Shown here piece after piece: positions 19,798 to 28,857 of a stretch of 64,000 bases of DNA. The stretch covers positions 11,074 through 75,073 of the forward strand of contig CAZDWN010000001.1 of NCBI GenBank assembly GCA_964509365.1. The letters run 5' to 3'. The stretch comes from an uncultured Pseudomonadales bacterium. GTDB taxonomy: Bacteria; Patescibacteriota; Microgenomatia; UBA1400; UBA12028. A program made the translations under genes and the position numbers. The notes below the pieces were generated by a model. It did not search any database. It saw only the letters and a program-made list of their open reading frames with translations, and had not been told where the DNA came from. The stretch's first letter is position 1. Each line of letters begins with the position of its first letter.

Positions 19798-19902
19798 ATG
19801 ATGAATAAAAAAGTTAAAGTCGTGTTCCAAGTCATAATCGGGATCGTTATGGTCGCGTTTGCATTCGGCGGCATCATCCAAACCGTGTTGCTGCTTCGCT
19901 AA
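19798..19902 (+). CDS. 34-aa hydrophobic peptide (MMNKKVKVVFQVIIGIVMVAFAFGGIIQTVLLLR)
   Basis: Small ORF not in the track. Preceded by TATAAT. Single TM helix. Confidence 0.25.
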   Translation: MMNKKVKVVFQVIIGIVMVAFAFGGIIQTVLLLR

Positions 19903-19903
19903 T

Positions 19904-20347
19904 ATGGATCAACTACGCACTTTGCCTCCGACTTCAGGAGGTGCTTATGCGGGAGGCACGATTGCACTCCATCCGGATCTTTTTACGTCGCCTGAATTTA
20001 TCGCCAAGACCGATCGCACGCATACCTACTTTTGCATATTGATGCTCGTGCTCTTGCTCATCCTGTCACTGTTGTTTCCGCGTGATCTCGGCGCGACAGG
20101 ACTCCTCTACAAAGTCCGCGAGGTGTTCTTGATTCTTGCTGGCGTCAGCTTTACCTGGACAGCACTCAAGAAAATGAAAGTCTGGAGCTACCATCCGATG
20201 GCAAAAATCACGGTGTTTGTATTTTTTGGAGTGACACTGTTTGGTTTGACGACCGGACTCCTCATGTACCATGGAGTCGAAGAGCGCACGAATAAGGAAC
20301 TCCAAGCTCGACCCTACAATCAGCCGCAACAACTGATGAGAAAGTGA
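19904..20347 (+). CDS. hypothetical membrane protein
   Basis: ORF 19859-20347. Start moved to MDQLRT (19904), immediately after the small peptide stop. Confidence 0.4.
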   Translation: MDQLRTLPPTSGGAYAGGTIALHPDLFTSPEFIAKTDRTHTYFCILMLVLLLILSLLFPRDLGATGLLYKVREVFLILAGVSFTWTALKKMKVWSYHPMAKITVFVFFGVTLFGLTTGLLMYHGVEERTNKELQARPYNQPQQLMRK

Positions 20348-20381
20348 TTTTTCCTAGAAACTGTGTACACTAGGGAGCAGT

Positions 20382-22331
20382 ATGAGTGTCGAACTCTCGT
20401 CATCTGTCTCAAATCTTCCTGGCGTCGGACCAGCACGTGCCGATCAACTCGCAGCTCTCGGGATCGAGACTCTCAAAGATCTCTTATACTATGCGCCGTT
20501 TCGCTACGAGACGGTGGAGCGAGAAGTCCTCATCGCTGATCTTGTCGCCGACACCACTGTCTGTATCCACGCCGAAGTCGTCAGTAAATTTCCGATCCGA
20601 TCGCCACGCTTTAAAAACATGCTCAAAGTCAAAGTCAAAGATGCATCAGGATCGCTCGATCTCATGTGGTTTAACAACGCATTTATGATCAGTACGCTCA
20701 AGGTAGGGGAGAGTTACTATTTTACTGGCAAAGTCAGCGTCTACAAAAATCATCCCAATATCACCAATCCGACCGTGGAGACCAAAGAGCCACTGTATGG
20801 ATCGCTGGTCCCCATCTATCACGAATCGGCGGATATCAACTCCAGATATCTTCGGAAATTGATCCGCAGCGCCATGGAGATCGCAGACCTGGATGACAAA
20901 TCAGAGATGGTACAAATCTATGAACGACACAAGCTCATTTCATTACGGACTGCATTGGAGACACTGCATCAACTCTCCACGAACAACGCTTCACTCTCAA
21001 CTGACGACGCCAAGCGTCGCCTCGCCTTTGATGAAATGTTTTTCTTGATCCAAGATGTCGTCGCTCATAAAAAAGAGCACCAAGCTTCGAAATCTGTCGC
21101 CAAACTCTCAGCGTCAAATGATGATTTAAAAGCATTTTACTCACTGCTTCCATTTGACCCGACGCCATCCCAGAAAGAAGCGATCCAAGCGATCACGATT
21201 GACCTCATTCAGCCACATCCGATGCATCGACTCGTCCAAGGTGAAGTGGGAAGTGGCAAGACGACGGTCGCTGCATTCGCGCTCTGGCTCGCTGCCCGTA
21301 AAGGAGAGAAGGGCATCATCATCTGTCCGACCAATATATTGGCAAATCAACACTACCAAACATTGCAAACACTGTTTGGAAATTCCAAAAGTCAAAATCC
21401 AAGTGCCAAAACAAAAGTGGGACTTTACACTGGGAAAGAAAAAAACTTCGAAGCTAATATCCTCGTGGGGACACATGCACTGTTCAACGTGAAGAGCCTC
21501 AAGCCTGCTGTCGTCATCATCGACGAAGAGCATCGCTTTGGCGTCAACCAACGCGAGAGTTTCTTTCGCTTACAAAAAAAGCCACATTTCCTCTCGATGA
21601 CGGCGACTCCGATCCCGCGTACCGTCGCGCTCACGGCACTCGCCGATCGAGATATCTCGATCATCACTCCTCATAAAGACAATACCAATATCAAGACTTG
21701 GGTCACCCCGGTGGCCAAACGGGCCGGCGCATATGACTGGATCAAGAAAACATTGAAGGAATCACACCAACAAGCTTTAATCGTCTGTCCGTTTATCGAG
21801 GAGTCATTTGTCGATACATTGGCAACGGTGAAGTCAGCCAAGAAAGAATTTACTGATTTGAAAAAAACATTCACTGGCTTCAAGCTCGGTTTGTTGCACG
21901 GGCAACTGAAAAGTGATGAAAAAGATGAGCTCTTTGCCAAAATGATGAGCGGCAAACTCGATATCTTGGTGACGACACCGGTCGTCGAGGTCGGTGTCGA
22001 TATTCCCAAAGCGAGCATCATCGTGATCGAAGGGTCCGAGCGCTATGGACTCGCACAGCTGCATCAACTACGTGGTCGTGTCGGTAGACGTGGCCAAGAT
22101 GCGTATTGTTTGTTGTTTACCAGTGACGGCGTGGAAGTGAACAATCGGCTGCATTTTTTCGCCAAAAGTTACGATGGCAATGCGTTGGCCGAGTACGATC
22201 TCAAACATCGAGGCAGTGGAGAACTCCTGGGAGTGCGTCAGCACGGTTTTGATGCCTTACGCTTTGCCTCATGGTCAGATACTGCTCTGATCGAGGAATG
22301 CAAGAAAGAAGTGGAGGCACTATCGAAGTAG
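20382..22331 (+). CDS. recG: ATP-dependent DNA helicase RecG
   Basis: Walker A GEVGSGKT, IIDEEHRFGV (DEAH box), helicase C-terminal motifs QLRGRVGR. N-terminal wedge-like domain. Confidence 0.85.
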   Translation: MSVELSSSVSNLPGVGPARADQLAALGIETLKDLLYYAPFRYETVEREVLIADLVADTTVCIHAEVVSKFPIRSPRFKNMLKVKVKDASGSLDLMWFNNAFMISTLKVGESYYFTGKVSVYKNHPNITNPTVETKEPLYGSLVPIYHESADINSRYLRKLIRSAMEIADLDDKSEMVQIYERHKLISLRTALETLHQLSTNNASLSTDDAKRRLAFDEMFFLIQDVVAHKKEHQASKSVAKLSASNDDLKAFYSLLPFDPTPSQKEAIQAITIDLIQPHPMHRLVQGEVGSGKTTVAAFALWLAARKGEKGIIICPTNILANQHYQTLQTLFGNSKSQNPSAKTKVGLYTGKEKNFEANILVGTHALFNVKSLKPAVVIIDEEHRFGVNQRESFFRLQKKPHFLSMTATPIPRTVALTALADRDISIITPHKDNTNIKTWVTPVAKRAGAYDWIKKTLKESHQQALIVCPFIEESFVDTLATVKSAKKEFTDLKKTFTGFKLGLLHGQLKSDEKDELFAKMMSGKLDILVTTPVVEVGVDIPKASIIVIEGSERYGLAQLHQLRGRVGRRGQDAYCLLFTSDGVEVNNRLHFFAKSYDGNALAEYDLKHRGSGELLGVRQHGFDALRFASWSDTALIEECKKEVEALSK

Positions 22332-22378
22332 AGCGGTATGTAAAAAACGGGCTCCTTGCGAAGAGGGAGTAAACTACA

Positions 22379-22741
22379 GTGACTATGGACGAACGCGAAC
22401 GACGACTTATTTCAGCTACCGAAGACCATATCACGAAAAACTTATGTCTTCGAGACAAGGCGATGAGCATACTAGCCCGAGCAGAAGACCATCTACATAG
22501 TTTGGGACAAGTAAACAGTGAACGAACTCAAAAAAATGACGCTTTCATCAGATATTTACACCGCATGCTATGGCTTCAGAATAAAATAGTAGAACTGAAC
22601 AGTTCTCTCGATGATGATCGCGATACGCTTCGAGCCTTCGGATCAGCTCCTGATAAAAGACTTGAGAAGCTCGATGAGCTGCAAGATGCGGCACAAATTG
22701 CCTACAACATTCTTTTGGACAATACGCTCGCTCTTAACTAA
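22379..22741 (+). CDS. hypothetical protein
   Basis: 120-aa ORF. Confidence 0.35.
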   Translation: MTMDERERRLISATEDHITKNLCLRDKAMSILARAEDHLHSLGQVNSERTQKNDAFIRYLHRMLWLQNKIVELNSSLDDDRDTLRAFGSAPDKRLEKLDELQDAAQIAYNILLDNTLALN

Positions 22742-22763
22742 GTCCTTTTGATATAATCCGACT

Positions 22764-23027
22764 ATGCCTATCGAAAACCATCTCACTCGCACGACAGAGA
22801 AGCTCCTCGACAAAGGATCATCCAAATTCTCCATTGAGAAGTTAGGAGTTTTGGCAGCACTTCATGCTACTTTGGGTCGAGAAAGAGTTGATGATGATTA
22901 TCTGAACTCACTTTTTCAAAAACTCTTGGAACTCGATCGACCAAACACTCAGTCTGAGGAAATAAAATCGGCGTCTCTGCCCTCATTTTTCAAATTTGGA
23001 GCTATCCCTGAAAGACCTCGAGCATGA
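22764..23027 (+). CDS. hypothetical protein
   Basis: 87-aa ORF. Confidence 0.3.
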   Translation: MPIENHLTRTTEKLLDKGSSKFSIEKLGVLAALHATLGRERVDDDYLNSLFQKLLELDRPNTQSEEIKSASLPSFFKFGAIPERPRA

Positions 23028-23305
23028 GCGAGACAAGTCAAATCTATCTCGACTTGAGAGCCTTGGAGAAAGACTTCACTGCGACGGAAATCAAAGTCTT
23101 ACAGAATCTCATCGAAGGACGAACAACCCTAAAGCAAATTGCAGCGGACATTGGAGTGGGCGAGCAGTCTGTGAAACTGTATTTTATGAGCATAAAAGAG
23201 AAAATACGTCAAAAAAATGATGTATATCCCACTAAAAATGGAATTCTGAACGAACTATTAAAGTTACATCTCGTCTACCAGTACCCCACACAAAAGCGTG
23301 AATAG
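23024..23305 (+). CDS. LuxR/GerE-type HTH small protein
   Basis: TEIKVLQNLIEGRTTLKQIAADIGVGEQSVKLYFMSIKEKI resembles the GerE/LuxR HTH. ATGA overlap with the upstream ORF. Confidence 0.4.
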   Translation: MSETSQIYLDLRALEKDFTATEIKVLQNLIEGRTTLKQIAADIGVGEQSVKLYFMSIKEKIRQKNDVYPTKNGILNELLKLHLVYQYPTQKRE

Positions 23306-23520
23306 TGATACTTCTCACTTGATTAAAGCTCAGCTTCATGGTACAAACACCCTTTGCTCTGTATTTTCCTCTTGTATAGGGATCTGCAAAGCCAGTACAC
23401 TAGATAAAGAAGCACTCCACCTTCGTATTACTGCTTCACAATTTTGGGCCTGTTCGGCCAGATTGTGAGCCGAATACTACGGCGGACATCACACTATTTG
23501 TTAATTCATAAGGAGTTCGT

Positions 23521-23670
23521 ATGGGTCCACTTACAAAACGCAGGCACAGTAGTCGCCGCTCAGGAGCACGCATGGCCGGACAGCCAAAAGTCGCTTTGAT
23601 CACCAAAGCCACCTCAGGATATGTCGGGAAGCGCGCACGCAAAGTCGCGTCGAAACAAGCCTCGAAATAA
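23521..23670 (+). CDS. rpmF: 50S ribosomal protein L32-like (49 aa), not in ORF track
   Basis: Strong RBS AAGGAG 8 nt upstream. KRRHSSRRSGARMAG and C-terminal SGYVGKRARKV resemble bL32 (KRRxSxxRRxxRRSH ... GYYRGRKV). Lies directly upstream of nusB. Confidence 0.5.
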   Translation: MGPLTKRRHSSRRSGARMAGQPKVALITKATSGYVGKRARKVASKQASK

Positions 23671-23676
23671 GACCAA

Positions 23677-24021
23677 ATGAAAACCTCACATGATCCGCGA
23701 CACCAGCATCGGATTGAGCTCGTAAAATCTTTGTTTGCCTACGATTTTCAACACACTCCAGACGATGATATTGCGGCGATCGTGGCGAAGCTCTCTGAGA
23801 TAGACGGATACATCCGCAAAACTGCGACTGAGCATCCGCTGGAAAGTATGAACAAAATTGACCTTGCAATCTTGAGGGTCGGAGTGTTTGAATTGATAGA
23901 GAATGAAGTCAACGTCCCGATCATTATCGACGAAGCGGTCGAGATCGCGAAAGAGTATGGAGCTGACAACTCGAGTAAATTTATTCACGGAGTGTTAAAC
24001 ACTATTGCACACCAGGTATGA
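23677..24021 (+). CDS. nusB: Transcription antitermination factor NusB
   Basis: NusB fold motifs (AILRVGVFEL, IIIDEAVEIAKEYGADNSSKFIHGVLN). Confidence 0.8.
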   Translation: MKTSHDPRHQHRIELVKSLFAYDFQHTPDDDIAAIVAKLSEIDGYIRKTATEHPLESMNKIDLAILRVGVFELIENEVNVPIIIDEAVEIAKEYGADNSSKFIHGVLNTIAHQV

Positions 24022-24278
24022 TCCAACCAACAGCTAAACCAGCCCCATCCAAATATTTCCTCGCCATTCAAGCAGCTGTGTGCGAGATCACTGGCATTGA
24101 CCCAGAGGATATTTCGACCGGGATGGAATTTGATGAGTTGTCGATGACTCCTGTCGAGATGTCAGAGTTTTTCGCTCGCTTAAATCGTGAATTTGCTGTC
24201 CGCATCAAGCCTTCCGATCTCGAAGATCAACCGACCTTGGGCGAATTGGCCATGTATATCGAGGATGAACTCGAGTAA
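24018..24278 (+). CDS. Acyl-carrier-protein-like small acidic protein
   Basis: 86-aa acidic 4-helix-like protein with candidate Ser (DELSMT) at the usual phosphopantetheine position. ATGA overlap with nusB. Confidence 0.35.
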   Translation: MIQPTAKPAPSKYFLAIQAAVCEITGIDPEDISTGMEFDELSMTPVEMSEFFARLNREFAVRIKPSDLEDQPTLGELAMYIEDELE

Positions 24279-24287
24279 ATTGCAAGT

Positions 24288-24944
24288 ATGATTCCCACCT
24301 TTAGAAATGACGCCTTGCTCCAAAATGCCCTCGTGCATCGTAGTGCTCTCAATGAACTGCACGGGTCTGTCTCCAATGAACGATTGGAATTTTTGGGCGA
24401 TGCAGTCCTTGAGCTCGTGACTACCGTATTTCTCTACGAGCGATTCCCAGGAGAGCAGGAAGGTGTCCTTACCAGTTACCGCGCTGCTCTGGTGAAGACG
24501 ACGACACTCGCGGTCGTAGCCAAAGAGCTGGGACTGGATCATTTACTCAAGATGAGTAAAGGGGAAGAGCGATCTGGAGGACGCGACAATATCGGCATGC
24601 TGGCTGATACTTTTGAAGCGGTCGTGGGTGCTCTGTACCTGGATCAAGGATACGACGCTGCACAGCAGTTTATCGAGACCTCACTGTTTCCGAAAGTGGA
24701 CGAGATCGTCTCCTCAAAACTCTACAAAGACTACAAAACCAATCTGCAAGAACTTGTGCAATCGCAAGGAAAATCCACTCCTGAGTACCGCACAATGGAA
24801 GAATCGGGCCCGGATCACCTCAAGGTGTTTACGGTCGAAGTGTTCGTGGATGGAGCTTCACTCGGATCAGGAAATGGAAAAAGCAAACAAGACGCGTCAC
24901 AGGAAGCTGCCAGAGTCGCTCTTGAGAAGATGGCGAACTTCTGA
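24288..24944 (+). CDS. rnc: Ribonuclease III
   Basis: Signature ERLEFLGDAVLEL. C-terminal dsRBD. Confidence 0.9.
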   Translation: MIPTFRNDALLQNALVHRSALNELHGSVSNERLEFLGDAVLELVTTVFLYERFPGEQEGVLTSYRAALVKTTTLAVVAKELGLDHLLKMSKGEERSGGRDNIGMLADTFEAVVGALYLDQGYDAAQQFIETSLFPKVDEIVSSKLYKDYKTNLQELVQSQGKSTPEYRTMEESGPDHLKVFTVEVFVDGASLGSGNGKSKQDASQEAARVALEKMANF

Positions 24945-24959
24945 TAGAATACGTGTCTT

Positions 24960-25196
24960 ATGCTAAAAATCAAACTTTCACGAACAGGTAAGAAGCACGA
25001 ACCACATTTCCGTCTGGTCGTGATCGAAGCCCGTGACAAACGCGACGGCAAATACGTCGAAAACTTGGGCCACTACAGTCCTGTCTCGAAGGAATTTGTT
25101 CTCGATACTCCTCGCTACGAGGAATGGCTCAAAAAAGGAGCTCAACCGACCGAAACAGTCGCAAGTCTCGTATTAAAGCACTCGAAAAAAGCCTAA
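24960..25196 (+). CDS. rpsP: 30S ribosomal protein S16
   Basis: MLKIKLSRTGKKHEPHFRLVV matches the S16 N-terminus. Confidence 0.9.
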   Translation: MLKIKLSRTGKKHEPHFRLVVIEARDKRDGKYVENLGHYSPVSKEFVLDTPRYEEWLKKGAQPTETVASLVLKHSKKA

Positions 25197-25424
25197 ATGA
25201 AAAGCTTACTTGAATTTCTCCTCATCAACTTGGTGACCAACCCTGACGCTGTCAGTGTCGAGCTAATGGAAGAGGGGACGACAGACGCCCACACCCTCCA
25301 AGTCGACCCAGTTCATACCGGTCCCGTGATCGGGAAAAACGGTAAGATCATCGACGCCATCCGTACGATCGCTCGCGTCCGCGCCGTCAAAGAGCAGCGT
25401 CACATCCTCGTCCGCATCGCCTAA
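25197..25424 (+). CDS. KH-domain RNA-binding protein (YlqC-like)
   Basis: GPVIGKNGKIIDAIRTIARV KH GXXG motif. Conserved position after rpsP. Confidence 0.8.
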   Translation: MKSLLEFLLINLVTNPDAVSVELMEEGTTDAHTLQVDPVHTGPVIGKNGKIIDAIRTIARVRAVKEQRHILVRIA

Positions 25425-25426
25425 TG

Positions 25427-25449
25427 TGTCATTCCAGCTTGTCTGGAAT
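25427..25449 (+). repeat. Hairpin repeat family copy (tcattccag-cttgt-ctggaatc)
   Basis: Member of the GTCATYCYGG-N5-CCRGRATC family. Sits at the convergent 3' ends of the rpsP operon and pilO. Confidence 0.5.
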
Positions 25450-25527
25450 CTTTCTCTCGTTTTCCTTTGATTTGTCATCCTGTCTGGCAACTGATCAAAT
25501 GATCCAATGAAAAATGACAAATTGTTA

Positions 25528-26394
25528 CTATTGTGAAGAGGTGAAGATAAGCCCCGAACTACTGGCCATGACTGGGATCGCAGCGTTGACACTGTCTGCC
25601 AATCGTTCTTCATTTGCCTTGGTGAGACGATCCAGGAGCGCGACTTCGCGAGGCGTCAATTGAACCACTGAAGTGACTTTGCCGCCAGTAAATGCGTTTT
25701 TCAAATAGAGTGAAGAGAGAGCGACTTCGGCAGAATACTCAGCACTCGTCGTCGCTTCACTCGCTTTGGCGTCCGTACTAAACTGGATCGAGTTGATCTG
25801 GATAAACGGCACGACATTATCAAGTGACTGGAAGAAGGTACTTAAGTTTGTAAATCCGCCAGACACATTCATTTTGAGAGGCAGAGTCGCCAGTAGGGGA
25901 GAAATCGGTGAAACGGTCGTCGCCGCTGCTGTGAGCTTGGCACTGCCAGTACCTAAGAGTCCAGGACTCACTTGAAAGTTTGCCACCGAGACGAGTGCAT
26001 TCGTCGCCAAGCGATCAATCGAGTAGAGCACTGGCAAAACTGGTTTTTCTACCGGCAGAGCGGCTGATAAGACATTGTTTGCGCGCGTGATATCCGTCGT
26101 ATCGAGCGCATCGAGACTCGAGATCAATCGTTGTTTGGTATCGAGCTCATCTTGCGCTGTCATCAATTCTTGTCTGATCGCCAAGATACTTTGGACCGCC
26201 GGGACCACGACGAGGACGAGCAGCACAATGATCGAAAGCCAGGCGATAAGCGAGATCGAAAAATACCGTCGGCGCTTTGCCAACGCGAGGATCGAGTCCA
26301 TCGAGAAGTCGAAGCCTGCTAATTTCTTTTCAAATGATACGGTCGTAGACATAGAATGCTTATAATCCGGCTGAATCTGTCGCAGTTGCTCCAC
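25528..26394 (-). CDS. pilO: Type IV pilus assembly protein PilO-like
   Basis: Single TM plus periplasmic/coiled-coil domain. Gene order pilM-pilN-pilO. Confidence 0.5.
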   Translation of the reverse strand: MEQLRQIQPDYKHSMSTTVSFEKKLAGFDFSMDSILALAKRRRYFSISLIAWLSIIVLLVLVVVPAVQSILAIRQELMTAQDELDTKQRLISSLDALDTTDITRANNVLSAALPVEKPVLPVLYSIDRLATNALVSVANFQVSPGLLGTGSAKLTAAATTVSPISPLLATLPLKMNVSGGFTNLSTFFQSLDNVVPFIQINSIQFSTDAKASEATTSAEYSAEVALSSLYLKNAFTGGKVTSVVQLTPREVALLDRLTKANEERLADSVNAAIPVMASSSGLIFTSSQ

Positions 26395-26950
26395 CTGGAG
26401 TCGCAGCTGCTTTCATAAATAATCTGACTTGCAAATCATACGTTCCATCCGCTCCTCGCGACAGGGAACCCAACTGTGGGCTAAATCCACTTTTGGCGAC
26501 TTCTTCCGATTGCAAAATAGTCGAAAGATTTTTGTACGAAAAAATGGATGGCGTTTTCACTGTAAACTCAAGAGACCCATCTGCGCCCGAGAGATTGATC
26601 GTCTCGATGCGAGAATCGGTAGGGATGACGGTATAGAGATATCTGATGGCGTCCCATGCTTTCGTCCGTTTCTCGATCACTTGCTGCGTCAGGCCCAGCA
26701 TATTTTTGCGTTTGGTGTAGGCGTTTTGGATGGCTGAGAGTGACGTGAGTTTGGCATCAGCTTGCTCGGATTGCGCTTTGACCACGCCGATTTGATTGGA
26801 GAGATAGTAGCGATACCCGATCACACCGACAAAGGTGACGAGGAAAAGACCCAAAGCCACTGAAGTAAAAAACGCCAATTTTTTGTCAGATTGAAGTACT
26901 GCTTCTTGCAGTCTGACACGCTCTCGTAAGAAATTAATCCGATCGTACAT
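26360..26950 (-). CDS. pilN: Type IV pilus assembly protein PilN-like
   Basis: N-terminal motif INFLRER plus one TM helix. Follows pilM. Confidence 0.6.
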   Translation of the reverse strand: MYDRINFLRERVRLQEAVLQSDKKLAFFTSVALGLFLVTFVGVIGYRYYLSNQIGVVKAQSEQADAKLTSLSAIQNAYTKRKNMLGLTQQVIEKRTKAWDAIRYLYTVIPTDSRIETINLSGADGSLEFTVKTPSIFSYKNLSTILQSEEVAKSGFSPQLGSLSRGADGTYDLQVRLFMKAAATPGGATATDSAGL

Positions 26951-26963
26951 AGGTGTTCACTAG

Positions 26964-27998
26964 TTAAATAGACCGCATCGCCAATCCGACGGCGACTGAA
27001 AATGCAGATTCACGATCGGTCGGTACCGGTGTCTTGGTATCGGTGATCAAATTTTCAAATGGATGGGCGACCGAGCACTCGATACCAAGTTGTGATCCCA
27101 TCAAGGGGATGAGTCCAGGCATCTGCGCACTCCCGCCAGAGAACACGATGTTCTTCACGGTTTGCGTGCCATATTGGCTCGTAAAATATTGCATTGCTTT
27201 TTGGATCTCGATGATAAACAGTTGGAGCACTGGCTGCACGATCTTGGCGATCTTGCCCTCTAGGAAACTCGGATCGACTCCATAGGAGATTTTGTACTCT
27301 TCTGCTTGTTTGGTGTCGACATTCATACTGCGTTCGATTGATCGTGTGATCAGTCTGCCGCCATTGGAGAAAGAGTACACAAACACGATCTCACCTTGAT
27401 GCACAATAAAGAAATCTGTGCTGGCAGCTCCCATGTGAACGTACAAGGTCGTCGGCGTATTTTCTTTGACGAGCGCTCGCAAGATCGAGACGACTTGCGA
27501 CTCAAGTGCGACTGGCTCCATCTCGAGATACTCAAAGAATGACATGTAGGAAGTGATGACTGCTTTTGGCACACCGATCAGCAACACTCTCATGCTGTCC
27601 GTCTTTTTATTGGCTGGAGGACGATAGAGCACTTCATACTCGACACGAAGCTCTTCAAGCGGGATGGCTATATGTTGCTCTGCAAGCCAATCGATCGCTG
27701 ACGCCAACTCTTGATCAGTCAATGGGGGAGTGGTGATGATTTTGGTACTGATGACACTTTCAGGCAGCGCTGCGCGCAAATTTTTGATCGTGTATTTATT
27801 GTCGATCAACTCTTTTTTGATCATTCCCGCAAGTTGCTTCACCTGATCGGCGTCTTGTGGGATCATCACTCCAAACGGGTGAGTGAACTGATTGACTCGG
27901 ACGACTCGATGCTTTGAGCCTTCTTTGGAGAGTTCGATGAGCTTGATTGAGTGTGATCCGAGATCAAATCCGACTGAGTTCATAGCGCTAGTCCTCAC
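26964..27998 (-). CDS. pilM: Type IV pilus assembly ATPase-like protein PilM (actin fold)
   Basis: VGFDLGSHSIKLIEL N-terminus and FSGGSAQMPGL phosphate-2-like motif of the PilM/FtsA fold. Confidence 0.8.
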   Translation of the reverse strand: MRTSAMNSVGFDLGSHSIKLIELSKEGSKHRVVRVNQFTHPFGVMIPQDADQVKQLAGMIKKELIDNKYTIKNLRAALPESVISTKIITTPPLTDQELASAIDWLAEQHIAIPLEELRVEYEVLYRPPANKKTDSMRVLLIGVPKAVITSYMSFFEYLEMEPVALESQVVSILRALVKENTPTTLYVHMGAASTDFFIVHQGEIVFVYSFSNGGRLITRSIERSMNVDTKQAEEYKISYGVDPSFLEGKIAKIVQPVLQLFIIEIQKAMQYFTSQYGTQTVKNIVFSGGSAQMPGLIPLMGSQLGIECSVAHPFENLITDTKTPVPTDRESAFSVAVGLAMRSI

Positions 27999-28015
27999 AT
28001 GCCTGGAGGCCTCGT

Positions 28016-28855
28016 TTATTGTGTAATGGATGTCCCTGAAAAGAGCACATAATCGAGTACGGATGGCGCGACAGGTAATGTTTTGGTCACTTCTACTGCC
28101 TTGGTCTCTTTACTCGTCGAGTTTTGCGCCGTCGACGTGACTGTATAGCTTTGAGTGTTGAGACTCGAGCCGTCGACACGAATATCTGAGCCGTTGTAGA
28201 CTGGGCGAATACGGATCAAATAGTCTTGTGAAGTTGTCGCCACGGTGTGTCGGAATTTAAATCCAGGCGTCAGTGGTCCTCCACTCGGAGACATAAAGCC
28301 ATCACTGGTTCGACAGCTCGGTGGCGAGACATAGTAGCGGCGCACCGGGTCTGCCGCCTTGTTACTCAAGATCGTGATCACCAGCGAGGCTTGAGTGGCA
28401 CAGCTCGATTCTTTCGCCCACTGAATATTGACTGGCGCTCCATTGTTGCCGGTCAGATCGACACCAACCGTGACACCTTGCTCGACATTTGTCTCAAGAT
28501 TTGTCTTACTGACGACATTCGTTTGGACTGCGACTGTACCGTCAGGTGACGTGGTCGCGATCGGCCCAGTAGTGTTATTCAAGTTTCCATTGAGTGCTTT
28601 CTCGACGTTGCTTTCAGCAATATCGAGAGCGCGATTGGCCTGTTCATTCGTTGACGAGATGTTCACATCACTTGTGGTACGCGAGACGGCAGAGATACCG
28701 ACGGTCAACATGACGACCGTGATCAAAAGCATGATGATACCAACTTGACCGCTAGTACTGCGATGCAAGCGCTGTAGGCGGGATTGACCTGAGTTTTTTT
28801 GAGTTTTTTCCATACTGTGTATTTTTAGTGTAGCAACTTTTTGTATGGTCAACAA
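28016..28855 (-). CDS. PilX-N-like pilus-associated protein
   Basis: N-terminal hydrophobic segment SGQVGIIMLLITVVMLTVGISAV resembles the PilX N-terminal domain. Ser/Thr/Asn-rich extracellular region. Lies inside the pilus locus. Confidence 0.4.
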   Translation of the reverse strand: MLTIQKVATLKIHSMEKTQKNSGQSRLQRLHRSTSGQVGIIMLLITVVMLTVGISAVSRTTSDVNISSTNEQANRALDIAESNVEKALNGNLNNTTGPIATTSPDGTVAVQTNVVSKTNLETNVEQGVTVGVDLTGNNGAPVNIQWAKESSCATQASLVITILSNKAADPVRRYYVSPPSCRTSDGFMSPSGGPLTPGFKFRHTVATTSQDYLIRIRPVYNGSDIRVDGSSLNTQSYTVTSTAQNSTSKETKAVEVTKTLPVAPSVLDYVLFSGTSITQ

Positions 28856-28857
28856 GA

